DNA of 64,000 bases from an uncultured Muribaculaceae bacterium (GTDB lineage: Bacteria > Bacteroidota > Bacteroidia > Bacteroidales > Muribaculaceae), in assembly GCA_964536025.1 (NCBI GenBank), contig CAZHXA010000002.1, positions 14,684 through 78,683 on the forward strand, in the 5' to 3' direction. The stretch's first letter is position 1; every line of letters starts with the position of its first letter. Positions 48,080 through 58,531 of this stretch are shown in pieces. The notes below the pieces were generated by a model. It did not search any database and was not told where the DNA came from. It saw only the letters and a program-made list of their open reading frames with translations. Position numbers and translations under genes: made by a program.

Positions 48080-48516
48080 TAATTTTCGGGGTATTTAATA
48101 GTGATTTTACGGGTTCCGTCTTCTTGTTCAACAATGTCTACTTCAACAGTATCGTCGGGTAACAAATCGGTAATGCGTTCAGACCATTCGATAAAACATA
48201 AGGCTCCGCTGTAGAAATAGTCTTCCACTCCTATTTCTTCGGCTTCGGCTTCGTTTTCAAGTCGATAGCAATCAAAATGATAAATAAGCTCGGCAGTTGT
48301 TTCGCTTCTATATTCATTAATAATGGCAAATGATGGTGAGTTTGTTACATCATCCACGCCCAATTCTTCACAAAGAGCTTTGATAAAAGTGGTTTTGCCG
48401 GCACCCATTTCACCGTTAAAAGCAAAAACTGTGTAATCTTCCATAGCAGCCATAAACTCGTGTGCCGCCTCGTTTATTTTGTCGAGAGAAGTTATTTCAA
48501 TAATTTTATTGTCCAT
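48079..48516 (-). CDS. tsaE: tRNA t6A37 biosynthesis ATPase TsaE
   Basis: Start re-called to the ATG at 48516. [10 protein letters not shown] Walker A and SPSFAI..Y motifs. The stop overlaps the birA start by 1 nt. Confidence 0.85.
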   Translation of the reverse strand: MDNKIIEITSLDKINEAAHEFMAAMEDYTVFAFNGEMGAGKTTFIKALCEELGVDDVTNSPSFAIINEYRSETTAELIYHFDCYRLENEAEAEEIGVEDYFYSGALCFIEWSERITDLLPDDTVEVDIVEQEDGTRKITIKYPEN

Positions 48517-48635
48517 AAATAAGTTACATTTGAATTTACTGCGAATATACAAAAAAATCATGAAGCCACCCACTATGATAGGTGTTGTGATAATAAAAAT
48601 GTTGGATAGCTGGTTGATATTATGCTTATATATCG

Positions 48636-48643
48636 TATATTTG
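48636..48643 (+). promoter_or_regulatory. -7 box TATATTTG for the 48760 gene
   Basis: Exact match; lies inside the spurious upstream part of the track ORF. Confidence 0.45.
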
Positions 48644-48759
48644 TGAAATCGTAATGTTTTGTGTAGTGGGTGTGCTTTTTAAAAGTGTGTAATTAAACTA
48701 TGAACATAAATTTCGGTCTTAATGTAGAAAACCTTATTTGTTACTTAAATAATAACATT

Positions 48760-49641
48760 ATGAGAAATTTAAAGTTGTCCGGCATTATTACATGTACAGC
48801 AATAGCGTTGTCTGCGTTGGTGTGTTTACCTGTAGATGCTCAATCAAGCCGAAGAGGTTCGCATCGAACTGAACAAAATGGCAACAGTAATAGAAACATG
48901 GGGCAAGGTCGTCGCCCAGGTAATAGCAGTAATCGTAATAATAATCGTGTAAATAACAATCGTAATGATAATAAAAAGCCTAATAATGGGGTAGGGAGTC
49001 CTAACCCAAAGCCGGGGAATGATAGATATAATGGAAATCCCGGTCATGGTCATCAAAATCCTATCGGCGGAAATCATTACGGACAACATGCTCCTAAGCC
49101 CAAGCCTCAACCTGGTAATCATTATGGAGAGCAACGTCCGGGATATCCGGCACCACATCCAAGCCGACCTAAATACAAACCTATGCCTCGTGTGGCTCCA
49201 CCGCCACATTGGCGTCCACATAACAATGCTCCTATCATAAACGGAATATTGGGACTTACTTTTGGGTCGATATTTAATGTTTCTTTGGAATATCTATATT
49301 ATAATAATTATTATATTGAGAGTTGTTCCGATGATGTTATTTATTTGCGTAATGTTCGTCAATTTAGATATAATTGGGACGATGTTATATTAAATTATGC
49401 GTCGGGACGTTTTGCCAATGCTCAATTTGTTTATTCGAGTTTATTTCATAACACCGACCGATATAATAGTGTGTATATGACGTTGAATAATACTTATGGT
49501 AATCCTATAAGCATGCGTATATTACCCGGAGGCGGATATGAATGTGTGTGGTATGGAGGACGACGTTGCGGAACAGTAACACTTGAATATTACCCCAATA
49601 GAGGTCGTTATTATACCATACTTTGCTATGGTACTACATAA
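48760..49641 (+). CDS. secreted protein with ~130-aa N/P/G/R-rich disordered region and Tyr/Asn-rich C-terminal domain, function unknown
   Basis: Start re-called to the ATG at 48760 (MRNLKLSGIITCTAIALSALVCLPVDAQ signal peptide). Composition read directly. Confidence 0.6.
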   Translation: MRNLKLSGIITCTAIALSALVCLPVDAQSSRRGSHRTEQNGNSNRNMGQGRRPGNSSNRNNNRVNNNRNDNKKPNNGVGSPNPKPGNDRYNGNPGHGHQNPIGGNHYGQHAPKPKPQPGNHYGEQRPGYPAPHPSRPKYKPMPRVAPPPHWRPHNNAPIINGILGLTFGSIFNVSLEYLYYNNYYIESCSDDVIYLRNVRQFRYNWDDVILNYASGRFANAQFVYSSLFHNTDRYNSVYMTLNNTYGNPISMRILPGGGYECVWYGGRRCGTVTLEYYPNRGRYYTILCYGTT

Positions 49642-49674
49642 ACAGAGCGGAATGTATTAAAACTGATGTGTTGT

Positions 49675-50049
49675 TTAGCTTCTGAAAAGATGTATTGCAA
49701 AATATAAGGCTAATATTCCTAATACAACACTCAACCCTGTGTATAGAGCAAGGTGAACTATGTTGCCTTGTTCTATCATAGTGTAATTTTCATGCATAAA
49801 ACTTGAAAATGTAGTAAATCCGCCACAAAATCCCGTTGCAAGCAATAATTGCATGCCGGTGTCGGTAGGTGTGTTCTTGCTGAAAAGGCAATAGATAAGT
49901 CCTATCAAGAAACATCCTAAAATGTTTACAGTCATTGTTCCGAGAGGGAACGATGTGGCTATGGCAGAGTGTATCCATTTTCCTGTCAGATATCGAAGTA
50001 TGCCTCCCCCTGCACTGCCGAGTCCTACGAGAATAATTGCTTTTATCAT
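49675..50049 (-). CDS. crcB: fluoride ion channel CrcB/Fluc
   Basis: 124 aa, 4 TM segments, GFCGGFTTFSSF motif. Confidence 0.9.
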   Translation of the reverse strand: MIKAIILVGLGSAGGGILRYLTGKWIHSAIATSFPLGTMTVNILGCFLIGLIYCLFSKNTPTDTGMQLLLATGFCGGFTTFSSFMHENYTMIEQGNIVHLALYTGLSVVLGILALYFAIHLFRS

Positions 50050-50124
50050 TTTCTTTTTGTGAGAAATATCGTGTTCTAAAGCCTATAACAATATAATGAT
50101 AGGATTGTTTGGAAAGTGTATTAA

Positions 50125-50156
50125 ATAAAAAAGCCTTGAAATTTACTTCAAGGCTT
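50125..50156 (-). terminator. terminator of tRNA-Asp
   Basis: AAGCCTTGAA-ATTTAC-TTCAAGGCTT with a T run on the minus strand. Confidence 0.75.
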
Positions 50157-50157
50157 G

Positions 50158-50231
50158 CGGTGCGTACGGGACTCGAACCCGTGACCCCCTGCGTGACAGG
50201 CAGATATTCTAACCAACTGAACTAACGCACC
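50158..50231 (-). tRNA. tRNA-Asp (anticodon GUC); CCA not encoded
   Basis: Manual fold: GGTGCGT/ACGCACC acceptor, D arm GTTC-AGTTGGTTA-GAAT, anticodon stem TCTGC/GCAGG with loop CTGTCAC, T arm ACGGG-TTCGAGT-CCCGT. Confidence 0.9.
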
Positions 50232-50280
50232 ATTCTTTAATTATGTTGCTCTCAACGATACTCTTTCGTGATTGCGAGTG

Positions 50281-50311
50281 CAAAGGTACGACATTTTTTT
50301 TAATATGCAAA
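50281..50311 (-). promoter_or_regulatory. promoter of tRNA-Asp (TTTG-N19-TACCTTTG)
   Basis: CAAAGGTA at 50281..50288 and CAAA at 50308..50311 on the plus strand. Same TGCAAAGGTACG core as the tRNA-Leu promoter. Confidence 0.55.
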
Positions 50312-50426
50312 TGTTTTGCCCAAATTTTTGAAATATTTTTTATTGGAACGTTTTAATTTTGAAGGTTATTCCTTATTCTGAACTTGTGTAATAATAAAAA
50401 ACTTTGTTCAAGTTTAGTTCGGTGAT

Positions 50427-50468
50427 GATAAAAGCCAGCACTACAATATAACTTGTAATGCTGGCTTT
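50427..50468 (-). terminator. terminator of the LRR/T9SS gene
   Basis: AAAGCCAGCA-N18-TGCTGGCTTT with TTTTAT on the minus strand. Confidence 0.7.
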
Positions 50469-50506
50469 ATTAAGTCGCTAATTTATTGTGTGTGAGTTAG
50501 CTTTTG

Positions 50507-53359
50507 CTATTTGATAGCGATTTTGGTTGCTTGAGTGTATCCTGTATTGTCGGTTGCGACTATCATGTAAATGCCACAAGATAAATTATTGGTGGTTATT
50601 GTTTCGCCTGCTGATGCAGTGAATGAAGCTTCAGTGATACCATTGATGTTAAATACTTTAATGGTTATATCATTGAGGGCTGTAATGTTGCAACCATTGA
50701 CTGTTATCAACGAATATTTATCGGTGGTAATATTAGGTATATAGTCGGTATCATGTTTCACGATAGTCAAGCCATAAGCTTCAACGTCTTCAATGATGGT
50801 CTTGACTTCCGGGGAGCCGGTTGCGTTCACCATCTTGATACCACTCTTATATCCGGAACCATCTTCGGCAATGTAACTCCAAAATATGTTCTCTCCGTCT
50901 CCGGTGATTTGACGCACATATACAGTTTCATATTGAGTATCATTTTCAGGAGATGCCGGATCGCTTGAAATGCATGTTACATTTGGTATATCTGTCAAGT
51001 ATCTTATATCTTTTGTAAGATTCTTGATTTCGCTAAGAGCAATGCGGTAAAGACCATAGTTCTTTCCACTTGAAAAGACATATAGATAGTCGTTTGTTTC
51101 ATCGATATAGAATGATTTGATTTCTTCTCCATGAAATAGAGTGATGTAAGGTCGATTTTGGGTGTCATTCACTCCTTCAGGATGAATATCGCTATCTTTG
51201 AAGCGATATAATCCATGTCCATTGTAGATGTAGCTAATCCAATTAACTCCGTTTTTATCACGTTGAAAACATGAAGCGATAGCTCCAAAATTTATTCCAT
51301 AGTTGTAATATGCTGTCCAATAAGGAGTCATGAATATGTAGTCAGAATTTGTTGTGTGTATAGTTCCTTCTTCATACCAATTGCGTTCGTTGGCGTTTAT
51401 CTTTAATACACCAAGTATACGATTACCCATGTAAATATCTCCATTAGTTTGGTCTATGAAACAAGTATGTGGGTCACATTGACTTTCTGAGAAAGAAGCG
51501 TAGTCATTAATATAGCACATACTACCATCTGAAGGTGCTACAATGGGCGTCTTGAAAAAACGTTTGCCATCATAATCCATCTTAAAAAGCAATCCGTCGC
51601 CATATGAGTCAGTTGTGAAGGTGAATGTTTCGCCGGCATCGGCTACATATATTGCTTTTTCGTAATTTTGCATTTGGAATGGATGAGCTCCTGAGCTTAT
51701 ACCTGTATCGTGTTGTTTTTTGCCGTCAAAGTAGCAAATGTTACCATTCTTGACAGCGTAGTATAAACCGTTTGGCAAGTTTTGTGCAGGGCCGTAGGTA
51801 TATGCTGTCCATTCATTATTTTCAATAATTTCTTTACATTGTGACCACAATTCATTTTTGCGATAGCGACTTGCAAAACCTACAGGCACTTCAAGTGTTA
51901 CCTTTGTCAAGTCGGGTTGTGTCGAATATTTGAAGTAATTTATTACGGTAGGTACAATGCAACTTTTGCAACCGATGTATTCAAGTGAAGAAGGCCAGTC
52001 GTACATGTTGAAACGAGTGATTGTCGATGGTAATGTTATGCTTGTTAATTTATTACATCCGTAGAATGTGTATTGAGGTAGTTCTTCAATACCTTCATCT
52101 ATTGTTACTTCAGTGAGTTCTGAACACCGAGCAAAAACAGAACTATCGTACTGAATATTTTTAGAAATATGGGCTTTTTGTAGTTTGCTTGCTATAAAAG
52201 CACCACTGCCGATACGTTTAACATTGGGAAAGTTAGCTTCGGTTACGCCTGATGAATAGAATGCATTATAACCAATGTAAGTGACGCGTTCATCGGTCTC
52301 GTTCCATACAAACGGCTCGTGTGCTTGACTGCCGAAGATGCATTTAAACATTATCTCGCCATTGTCAATATATTCATAAAGAGCGTGGTCTTTTGTGAAA
52401 AATTTCTTATTGCCGTCGGCAACGGTTATATTGTCGAGAAAACCCTGGTAATCAAGTTCTTCAAATGTTGATGGTAAGTTGAGGTTGCGTAGATTTTTAA
52501 ATGGCATATATCCGAGTGATTTAGCACCTTCGTAAAGGGTTAGGGTGTTAAGCGAATAAGTGTCGCAGTAGAATGCGTTGTCACCAATTGATATGATATT
52601 ATTATGTAGGGTTACTTCGGTGAGTGGATTGTCATAAAAAGTATAATCAGGAATTACTGTCATTGATTCCGGAATCACCAATTTGGTGATGTTGCAATGA
52701 GAGAATGTTTGAGAAGTTTCGAGTGTTGCATTCTTTTCATTGTAAAAGAACACTTTTGAAAAGTTTAAATATTTTGTAACATCTAATGATTCACAATGAA
52801 AGAACGATTGATAGCTAACGCCTATGCCGGCAGCGTTATTCGGAAGATTCTCAAGGGCAGTAAGCTTGCGACAATACATGAATGCATTGGCCGGAAAATA
52901 AATTGAATCGGTATAATTCTTGAATTCGGATGGGTAAGTTACTTTCTCGAGTGAGGTACAGTACCTAAAATTAAACCTTGATGTTAAAAGTGAGTAACGG
53001 TCGTCATTTCTGTTTCTAAAAGTAACCGAAACCAAGGCAGTGTCGCCGGCAAAGCTACAAGAGCTATTGGGGGTTATGTTGGCTCCGAATGTTACTGAAG
53101 TTAGTTTGGGGCAGTCTTTAAAAATATCAGTATACATAGATCTTACTTCATATATAGTGCTGTCTACAACAATTTCATCAGGTATATTAATATCGCCTGA
53201 GTATTTTGAACCGTCTGATTTGGCAATTATAGTTGCACTGTTCCTTCTAATACTATAGGTGATACCATCAACATCGACTGATACCGCATTTAGACTTAGG
53301 AAACAAAATAAGAAGGTAAGTAGTGATAACACCTTTTTGTGGGTAATACTTGTATTCAT
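50507..53359 (-). CDS. large surface protein: BspA-type leucine-rich repeats plus beta-propeller-like central region plus T9SS C-terminal sorting domain
   Basis: Start re-called to the ATG at 53359 (signal peptide MNTSITHKKVLSLLTFLFCFLSLNA). Repeated LRR_5-like units (IP..V..I...AF..C..L..V). C-terminal ...CGIYMIVATDNTGYTQATKIAIK. Confidence 0.8.
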   Translation of the reverse strand: MNTSITHKKVLSLLTFLFCFLSLNAVSVDVDGITYSIRRNSATIIAKSDGSKYSGDINIPDEIVVDSTIYEVRSMYTDIFKDCPKLTSVTFGANITPNSSCSFAGDTALVSVTFRNRNDDRYSLLTSRFNFRYCTSLEKVTYPSEFKNYTDSIYFPANAFMYCRKLTALENLPNNAAGIGVSYQSFFHCESLDVTKYLNFSKVFFYNEKNATLETSQTFSHCNITKLVIPESMTVIPDYTFYDNPLTEVTLHNNIISIGDNAFYCDTYSLNTLTLYEGAKSLGYMPFKNLRNLNLPSTFEELDYQGFLDNITVADGNKKFFTKDHALYEYIDNGEIMFKCIFGSQAHEPFVWNETDERVTYIGYNAFYSSGVTEANFPNVKRIGSGAFIASKLQKAHISKNIQYDSSVFARCSELTEVTIDEGIEELPQYTFYGCNKLTSITLPSTITRFNMYDWPSSLEYIGCKSCIVPTVINYFKYSTQPDLTKVTLEVPVGFASRYRKNELWSQCKEIIENNEWTAYTYGPAQNLPNGLYYAVKNGNICYFDGKKQHDTGISSGAHPFQMQNYEKAIYVADAGETFTFTTDSYGDGLLFKMDYDGKRFFKTPIVAPSDGSMCYINDYASFSESQCDPHTCFIDQTNGDIYMGNRILGVLKINANERNWYEEGTIHTTNSDYIFMTPYWTAYYNYGINFGAIASCFQRDKNGVNWISYIYNGHGLYRFKDSDIHPEGVNDTQNRPYITLFHGEEIKSFYIDETNDYLYVFSSGKNYGLYRIALSEIKNLTKDIRYLTDIPNVTCISSDPASPENDTQYETVYVRQITGDGENIFWSYIAEDGSGYKSGIKMVNATGSPEVKTIIEDVEAYGLTIVKHDTDYIPNITTDKYSLITVNGCNITALNDITIKVFNINGITEASFTASAGETITTNNLSCGIYMIVATDNTGYTQATKIAIK

Positions 53360-53388
53360 AATTATTATTGTTTGATTATTTGTATGTA

Positions 53389-53396
53389 CAAAGATA
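53389..53396 (-). promoter_or_regulatory. -7 box TATCTTTG for the LRR gene
   Basis: CAAAGATA on the plus strand, 30 nt upstream of the ATG at 53359. Confidence 0.5.
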
Positions 53397-53440
53397 GACA
53401 AACTAATATTAATTACCCCCCAATTACTAAAATATGTTAA

Positions 53441-53484
53441 ATATAATATAAAGCAAGTGCTTACCGTTTACGGTAAACACTTGC
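53441..53484 (-). terminator. terminator of asnA
   Basis: GCAAGTGCTTACCG-TTTA-CGGTAAACACTTGC (one mismatch/wobble). Confidence 0.6.
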
Positions 53485-53504
53485 AACTCATGACATGTAA
53501 TGTC

Positions 53505-54539
53505 TTACATTAGGAAAATTCCGTTTTGTCGGCATATTTCAATTTGTTCTTCGGGCCAAATGCTTGCTTGCACCTCACCTATGTGAGCCTTTTGTAACAA
53601 GAACATGCATAGTCGGCTTTGACCTATACCGCCACCTATCGATTGAGGTAATTCGCCGTTAAGCAGAGCTTTATGGAACGCCAATTCTTTTCGTTCGGTG
53701 CAATTTCTTGCGTTAAGTTGTTGCATGAGCGATTCAGGACTTACTCTTATACCCATCGAAGACAGTTCGATAGACGTTTCAAGAATATTGTCCCAAAGTA
53801 GGATGTCGCCATTAAGCCCCTGAAATCCATTGTCATTCATTGTAATCCAATCATCGTAATCGGGAGCACGTCCGTCGTGTGGCTCACCATTGCTTAAAGG
53901 AGCTCCTATGCCAATCAAAAATATAGCACCATATTTTTTGGTAGCTTCTATTTCGCGGTCTTTTGGCGATAAATCGGGATACATATCCAATAATTCCTGT
54001 GAATGTAGGAATGTAATTTCTTTGGGTAAACGTGGCGTAATGTGTGGAAACTCTTTATATATGAAAAGTTCGGTTTCACGCAGTGCATTGTAAATGTTTT
54101 TTACGGTGTCTTTTAAATAATCTAAAGTGCGATTTTCCTTTTTTATTGAACACTCCCAGTCCCATTGGTCTACATATAGCGAATGTAGGTTGTCAAGGTC
54201 TTCGCTTGTGCGAATTGCATTCATATCGGTGTAAATACCATATCCTGCTGAAATGTCGTAGGCACCGAGTTTCATTCTTTTCCATTTTGCAAGTGAGTGA
54301 ACAACTTCGGCACGACGGTTACCCATGCAAGTGATGTCAAAGGTTACAGCGTGTTCCACACCGTTGAGGTCGTCGTTTATACCGGTGCCTGTCAAGACGA
54401 AAAGAGGTGCTGTTACACGTCGCAAGTTTAGGCTGTTAGCCAATTTTTCTTGAAATGTATCTTTGATTTTTTTTATGGCTATTTCGGTGGTTTCCGGAAG
54501 TAGCTTTTGTTTGTATTTTTTTGGTATAATAAGTGCCAT
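53505..54539 (-). CDS. asnA: aspartate--ammonia ligase
   Basis: Start re-called to the ATG at 54539. AsnA-type class II synthetase-like motifs (RVTAP, GGGIGQSRL). Confidence 0.9.
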   Translation of the reverse strand: MALIIPKKYKQKLLPETTEIAIKKIKDTFQEKLANSLNLRRVTAPLFVLTGTGINDDLNGVEHAVTFDITCMGNRRAEVVHSLAKWKRMKLGAYDISAGYGIYTDMNAIRTSEDLDNLHSLYVDQWDWECSIKKENRTLDYLKDTVKNIYNALRETELFIYKEFPHITPRLPKEITFLHSQELLDMYPDLSPKDREIEATKKYGAIFLIGIGAPLSNGEPHDGRAPDYDDWITMNDNGFQGLNGDILLWDNILETSIELSSMGIRVSPESLMQQLNARNCTERKELAFHKALLNGELPQSIGGGIGQSRLCMFLLQKAHIGEVQASIWPEEQIEICRQNGIFLM

Positions 54540-54568
54540 ATTGATGTTTTTATTTAATAATGCATAAG

Positions 54569-54600
54569 CAAATATAGCAAATGTTTTGAAGATTGGCAAA
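54569..54600 (-). promoter_or_regulatory. asnA promoter (TTTG-N20-TATATTTG)
   Basis: CAAATATA at 54569..54576 and CAAA at 54597..54600 on the plus strand. Confidence 0.55.
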
Positions 54601-54791
54601 TTTTATAACAAAATGTGCTTTTATGATGCGATTTTGTGAAAATATTGCAAGAATTTTGTGCTGAGGGTCTTAAAATATGAATGTATAAGCATTTTGGAGT
54701 GTTAATGTGTTTTTTAAGTAATAAAAGCCATTAAAAAAGTCTTAATTAAGAAGAAGATTCATAATGAAGCGTGTTTTTCATGGAAAAATTG

Positions 54792-54799
54792 TATTTTTG
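54792..54799 (+). promoter_or_regulatory. -7 box TATTTTTG for the ABC ATPase gene
   Basis: Exact match 49 nt upstream of the ATG at 54848. Confidence 0.45.
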
Positions 54800-54847
54800 T
54801 AGTAAGAATGAAACTTTCGTGTACATTTGCGGGTTGAATTGATTAAA

Positions 54848-55522
54848 ATGATTGAAGTAAAGAACATAAATAAGAAATATGGAGCGTTGCAAGTTCTTGA
54901 CAACGTGAATGTGACTATCAATAAAGGTGAATTGGTTACTATCGTGGGACCGAGCGGTGCAGGAAAGTCAACTTTGCTCCAAATTGTAGGCACACTTGAT
55001 TCTCCCGATGATGGAAGTATTATTTATGATGGTAAGGATGTTCTTCGTTTTAGTGAGCGAGAACTTGCTCGCTTTCGCAATCAAAATATAGGTTTTGTGT
55101 TTCAATTTCATCAGTTATTGCCTGAGTTTACCACACTTGAAAATGTGACAATACCTGCACTTATTGGAGGAATGAAACAAAAAGATGCCGATGAAAGGGC
55201 TAAAGAACTGCTTGATTACATGGGTTTGTCGGGACGCCTGAACCATAAGCCATCGGAGTTGTCGGGTGGCGAGCGTCAGCGTGTAGCTGTTGCAAGAGCG
55301 TTGGTTAATCGTCCGGCAGTGATTCTTGCCGATGAGCCTTCGGGTAGTCTTGATTCTCAAAATAAAAAAGAATTGCATGGATTGTTCTTTCGTTTACGCG
55401 AAGAACTGCAACAAACTTTTGTTATAGTGACACATGACGAAAGTCTTGCCGATGATGCCGACAGAGTGTTATATATGCAAGATGGAAAAATAGTAAATGA
55501 TGTTACAAAAAATAGCCGATGA
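54848..55522 (+). CDS. ABC transporter ATP-binding protein (LolD/MacB-type)
   Basis: Start re-called to the ATG at 54848. Walker [10 protein letters not shown], signature LSGGERQR, Walker B ILADEP. Confidence 0.85.
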   Translation: MIEVKNINKKYGALQVLDNVNVTINKGELVTIVGPSGAGKSTLLQIVGTLDSPDDGSIIYDGKDVLRFSERELARFRNQNIGFVFQFHQLLPEFTTLENVTIPALIGGMKQKDADERAKELLDYMGLSGRLNHKPSELSGGERQRVAVARALVNRPAVILADEPSGSLDSQNKKELHGLFFRLREELQQTFVIVTHDESLADDADRVLYMQDGKIVNDVTKNSR

Positions 55523-56190
55523 GAATTTTTAAATACATATTAATGTGTGTTATGGCAACGGTTCTTGTTGCTTCCTGTGATGACGATAGTGAAGGCTTTA
55601 AATATGGAGACTTCAACTACGATATGGTGACTTATTCAGGTGAATATGATTCTCAGTCGGTATTTACGTTTCAATCTTATGATGATTCACCTCTTATAAC
55701 CTTAACTGCGAGCAATTTGAGCAATCCTGAAATGAAGGTTGGTCAACGTTTGTTATTGAATTATATAGTAGATAAGAATTTTGGTGATAATCACAAAGCT
55801 ATAACTGTGAATGGCTATTCTAAAATTACTACCGATACAATTTTAATACTACCGCAAGAGGTTATAGATACTCTGAAACGGGATAAAGTGAAATTGAGAA
55901 GTGTATGGCGTACAGGAAATTATCTTAATGTGCGTTGTGATGTACAATATACCGAGAAAGCTCGTCGATTGTTTCTTGCTTCAACAGGCGAACCCGATGA
56001 GTCGGGACTTGTGCAAGCCTATCAAATTCAAGACTTGATGGATGCCCCCACATATTACTGGTTTGGAACCTATTTTAGCTATTACATAGCTCCTGTGTGG
56101 GAAAATGTGGAATGTAAGGCGTTTAGATTTAATATAGAAGACCTTACTTATCCCGATGTGAAATATTATGATTTTTTGAAAGAAAAATAA
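55519..56190 (+). CDS. lipoprotein, function unknown (possibly NigD-like)
   Basis: Lipobox VLVASC and translationally coupled to the ABC ATPase (ATGA overlap). The family call is tentative. Confidence 0.55.
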   Translation: MRIFKYILMCVMATVLVASCDDDSEGFKYGDFNYDMVTYSGEYDSQSVFTFQSYDDSPLITLTASNLSNPEMKVGQRLLLNYIVDKNFGDNHKAITVNGYSKITTDTILILPQEVIDTLKRDKVKLRSVWRTGNYLNVRCDVQYTEKARRLFLASTGEPDESGLVQAYQIQDLMDAPTYYWFGTYFSYYIAPVWENVECKAFRFNIEDLTYPDVKYYDFLKEK

Positions 56191-56207
56191 ATAAAATAGA
56201 AACTGAT

Positions 56208-56534
56208 ATGAATAATGACTCTAATCAACAAAAAAAAGAGATAAGCATAGAAATGTCGCCCGAAGTGGCACAAGGAAAATATGCTAATCTGGCTGTTATA
56301 TCTCATGGTGCTTCTGAATTTTTCCTTGATATGATTTGTATGGCTCCTAATATACCGCAAGCCAAAGTGCAAAGTCGCATTGTGATGACTCCCGAGAATG
56401 TGAAACAACTTATGTTTGCTTTGCAAGAAAATGTGCGTAAGTATGAAGAAACTTTCGGAGAAATAAAGCCAAAAATGCCACAAGGTAATGGTACATCATT
56501 TAATCCGTTTGGCGTAAATAACGGACTTTCTTGA
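56208..56534 (+). CDS. DUF3467 domain protein
   Basis: 108 aa. YAN...ISH...EFFLD and V.SRIVM.P...K.L...L are typical of the family. Confidence 0.7.
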   Translation: MNNDSNQQKKEISIEMSPEVAQGKYANLAVISHGASEFFLDMICMAPNIPQAKVQSRIVMTPENVKQLMFALQENVRKYEETFGEIKPKMPQGNGTSFNPFGVNNGLS

Positions 56535-56583
56535 TATACGCATTAGTTAAAGGCTGGTTGTTATTATCTATTATTTATAAAAT

Positions 56584-58068
56584 ATGATTATGGAAAATCC
56601 TTTATTTATATATAATACACTTTCTCGAAAAAAAGAGCAATTCATTCCGTTGAATGCTCCTTATGTGGGAATGTATGTATGTGGTCCCACAGTTTACGGT
56701 GATGGTCACTTGGGACATGCTCGTCCGGCTATAACGTTTGATGTTTTTTATCGTTATTTGCTTCATTTGGGTTATAAAGTGAGATATGTACGCAATATCA
56801 CCGATGTGGGACACCTTGAACATGATGCCGATGATGGTGAAGATAAAATAGCTAAAAAGGCACGTCTTGAAAAACTTGAGCCTATGGAAGTGGTTCAATA
56901 TTATCTTAACCGTTATCATAAAGCTATGGATGCACTTAATGTGCTACCTCCAAGCATTGAACCACATGCGTCGGGGCATATAATAGAGCAGATAGAATAC
57001 ATTAAAAAAATTCTTGAAGCAGGATATGCTTACGAAAGTAACGGTTCAGTGTATTTTGATGTACCTAAATACAATAAAGATTTCAACTACGGTAAATTGT
57101 CGGGTAGAAATATTGACGAACTGTTAAATACAACTCGAGAACTTGACGGACAGAGCGAAAAGCATAATCCTGCCGATTTTGCTTTGTGGAAAAAGGCTTC
57201 ACCCGAGCATATTATGCGTTGGCCTTCTCCGTGGAGCGACGGTTTTCCCGGTTGGCACTTGGAATGTTCTACAATGGGTACAAAATATCTTGGAGAAACA
57301 TTTGACGTGCATGGCGGTGGTATGGACTTAATGTTCCCTCACCATGAATGTGAAATTGCTCAATCGGTGGCTCATTCCGGTCACGATGCGGTACGTTATT
57401 GGATGCATAATAATATGATTACTATAAATGGTCAAAAAATGGGAAAATCGTTGGGTAACTTCATTACACTCGATGAATTCTTTACTGGTAATCACAAATT
57501 GCTTGAGCAAGCTTATTCTCCTATGACCATACGTTTCTTTATTCTTATGGCTCACTATCGTGGAACGGTTGACTTCTCTAATGATGCTTTGAAAGCAGCC
57601 GAGAAAGCTTACGACCGAATGATGGACGGCTGGAAACGATTGAACGAATTGAAAGCAGGCGATAAAACTACAGTTGAATTGAAAGTAAATGAATTGGCTG
57701 AAAAATGTGCCGATGCCATGAACGATGATTTGAATACGCCTACAGTCATCGCACATCTGTTTGATGCATGCCGTTCAATCAATCTTGTAAATGATGGAAA
57801 AGCTGAAATATCTCAAGAAGACCTTGATGCATTAAAGCATGTGTTCAAAGTTTATTTGTTTGATATTCTTGGTGTATGTGATGAGTCGGCTTCAGGAGAT
57901 GTAAATTTGAAACCTTATGAAGAAGCTGTGGATTTATTGTTGCAAATTCGTAAGAATGCAAAAGACAATAAAGATTGGACCACAAGTGATTTAATTCGCA
58001 ACCGTCTTGCCGAAATAGGATTTGATGTAAAAGATACCAAAGACGGCTTTGAATGGAAAGTAAAATAA
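56584..58068 (+). CDS. cysS: cysteine--tRNA ligase
   Basis: HLGH (HIGH-type) and KMGKS (KMSKS-type) motifs, 494 aa. Confidence 0.95.
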   Translation: MIMENPLFIYNTLSRKKEQFIPLNAPYVGMYVCGPTVYGDGHLGHARPAITFDVFYRYLLHLGYKVRYVRNITDVGHLEHDADDGEDKIAKKARLEKLEPMEVVQYYLNRYHKAMDALNVLPPSIEPHASGHIIEQIEYIKKILEAGYAYESNGSVYFDVPKYNKDFNYGKLSGRNIDELLNTTRELDGQSEKHNPADFALWKKASPEHIMRWPSPWSDGFPGWHLECSTMGTKYLGETFDVHGGGMDLMFPHHECEIAQSVAHSGHDAVRYWMHNNMITINGQKMGKSLGNFITLDEFFTGNHKLLEQAYSPMTIRFFILMAHYRGTVDFSNDALKAAEKAYDRMMDGWKRLNELKAGDKTTVELKVNELAEKCADAMNDDLNTPTVIAHLFDACRSINLVNDGKAEISQEDLDALKHVFKVYLFDILGVCDESASGDVNLKPYEEAVDLLLQIRKNAKDNKDWTTSDLIRNRLAEIGFDVKDTKDGFEWKVK

Positions 58069-58098
58069 ATAACAGGTCGTTAAACTTGAAAATATGTA

Positions 58099-58134
58099 CA
58101 AAGGAGCTTTAGCACAAGCTCCTTTGCTGTTTTA
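58099..58134 (+). terminator. terminator of cysS
   Basis: CAAAGGAGCTT-TAGCAC-AAGCTCCTTTG followed by CTGTTTTA. Confidence 0.7.
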
Positions 58135-58523
58135 TACTCATTATAGTAATGTATCCGGTATAAAAACTGAAAGGTAAAAAACAAAGAAAGAGTCACGATT
58201 TGCGACTCTTTCCACCCTGATACTCAAAATTCAATACTATTACTATTTTATTATCTCTTTTTGAGTCTTTCTGTTTACTCTCACTAAGTACATTCCTCCG
58301 TCTTTATTTGCGAGAATTTGTCAAAGTGAAGATGAAATTTCAATAACACCTTTCGTTAATATGTAAAGATTCAAAAAGTCAACTCTATAGCCTTTGTTTG
58401 AATCCGTTAGAAATATACAGAAAAATGTTATCATGGGAACTATTTCAGTAAAATAAATTTAATATATGAGATAAATAGAAAATAAGAACAGATAATATGA
58501 ACTGCGGAATGATGAAAGTTTTT

Positions 58524-58531
58524 TATCTTTG
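58524..58531 (+). promoter_or_regulatory. -7 box TATCTTTG for the EamA gene
   Basis: TATCTTTGCG 30 nt upstream of the ATG at 58561. Confidence 0.5.

Noticed and set aside
50050-50157. Looked for a fluoride (crcB-motif) riboswitch upstream of crcB.
   Set aside because: The ~100 nt upstream of the crcB start shows none of the conserved fluoride-riboswitch segments. The region is instead occupied by the tRNA-Asp terminator hairpin.
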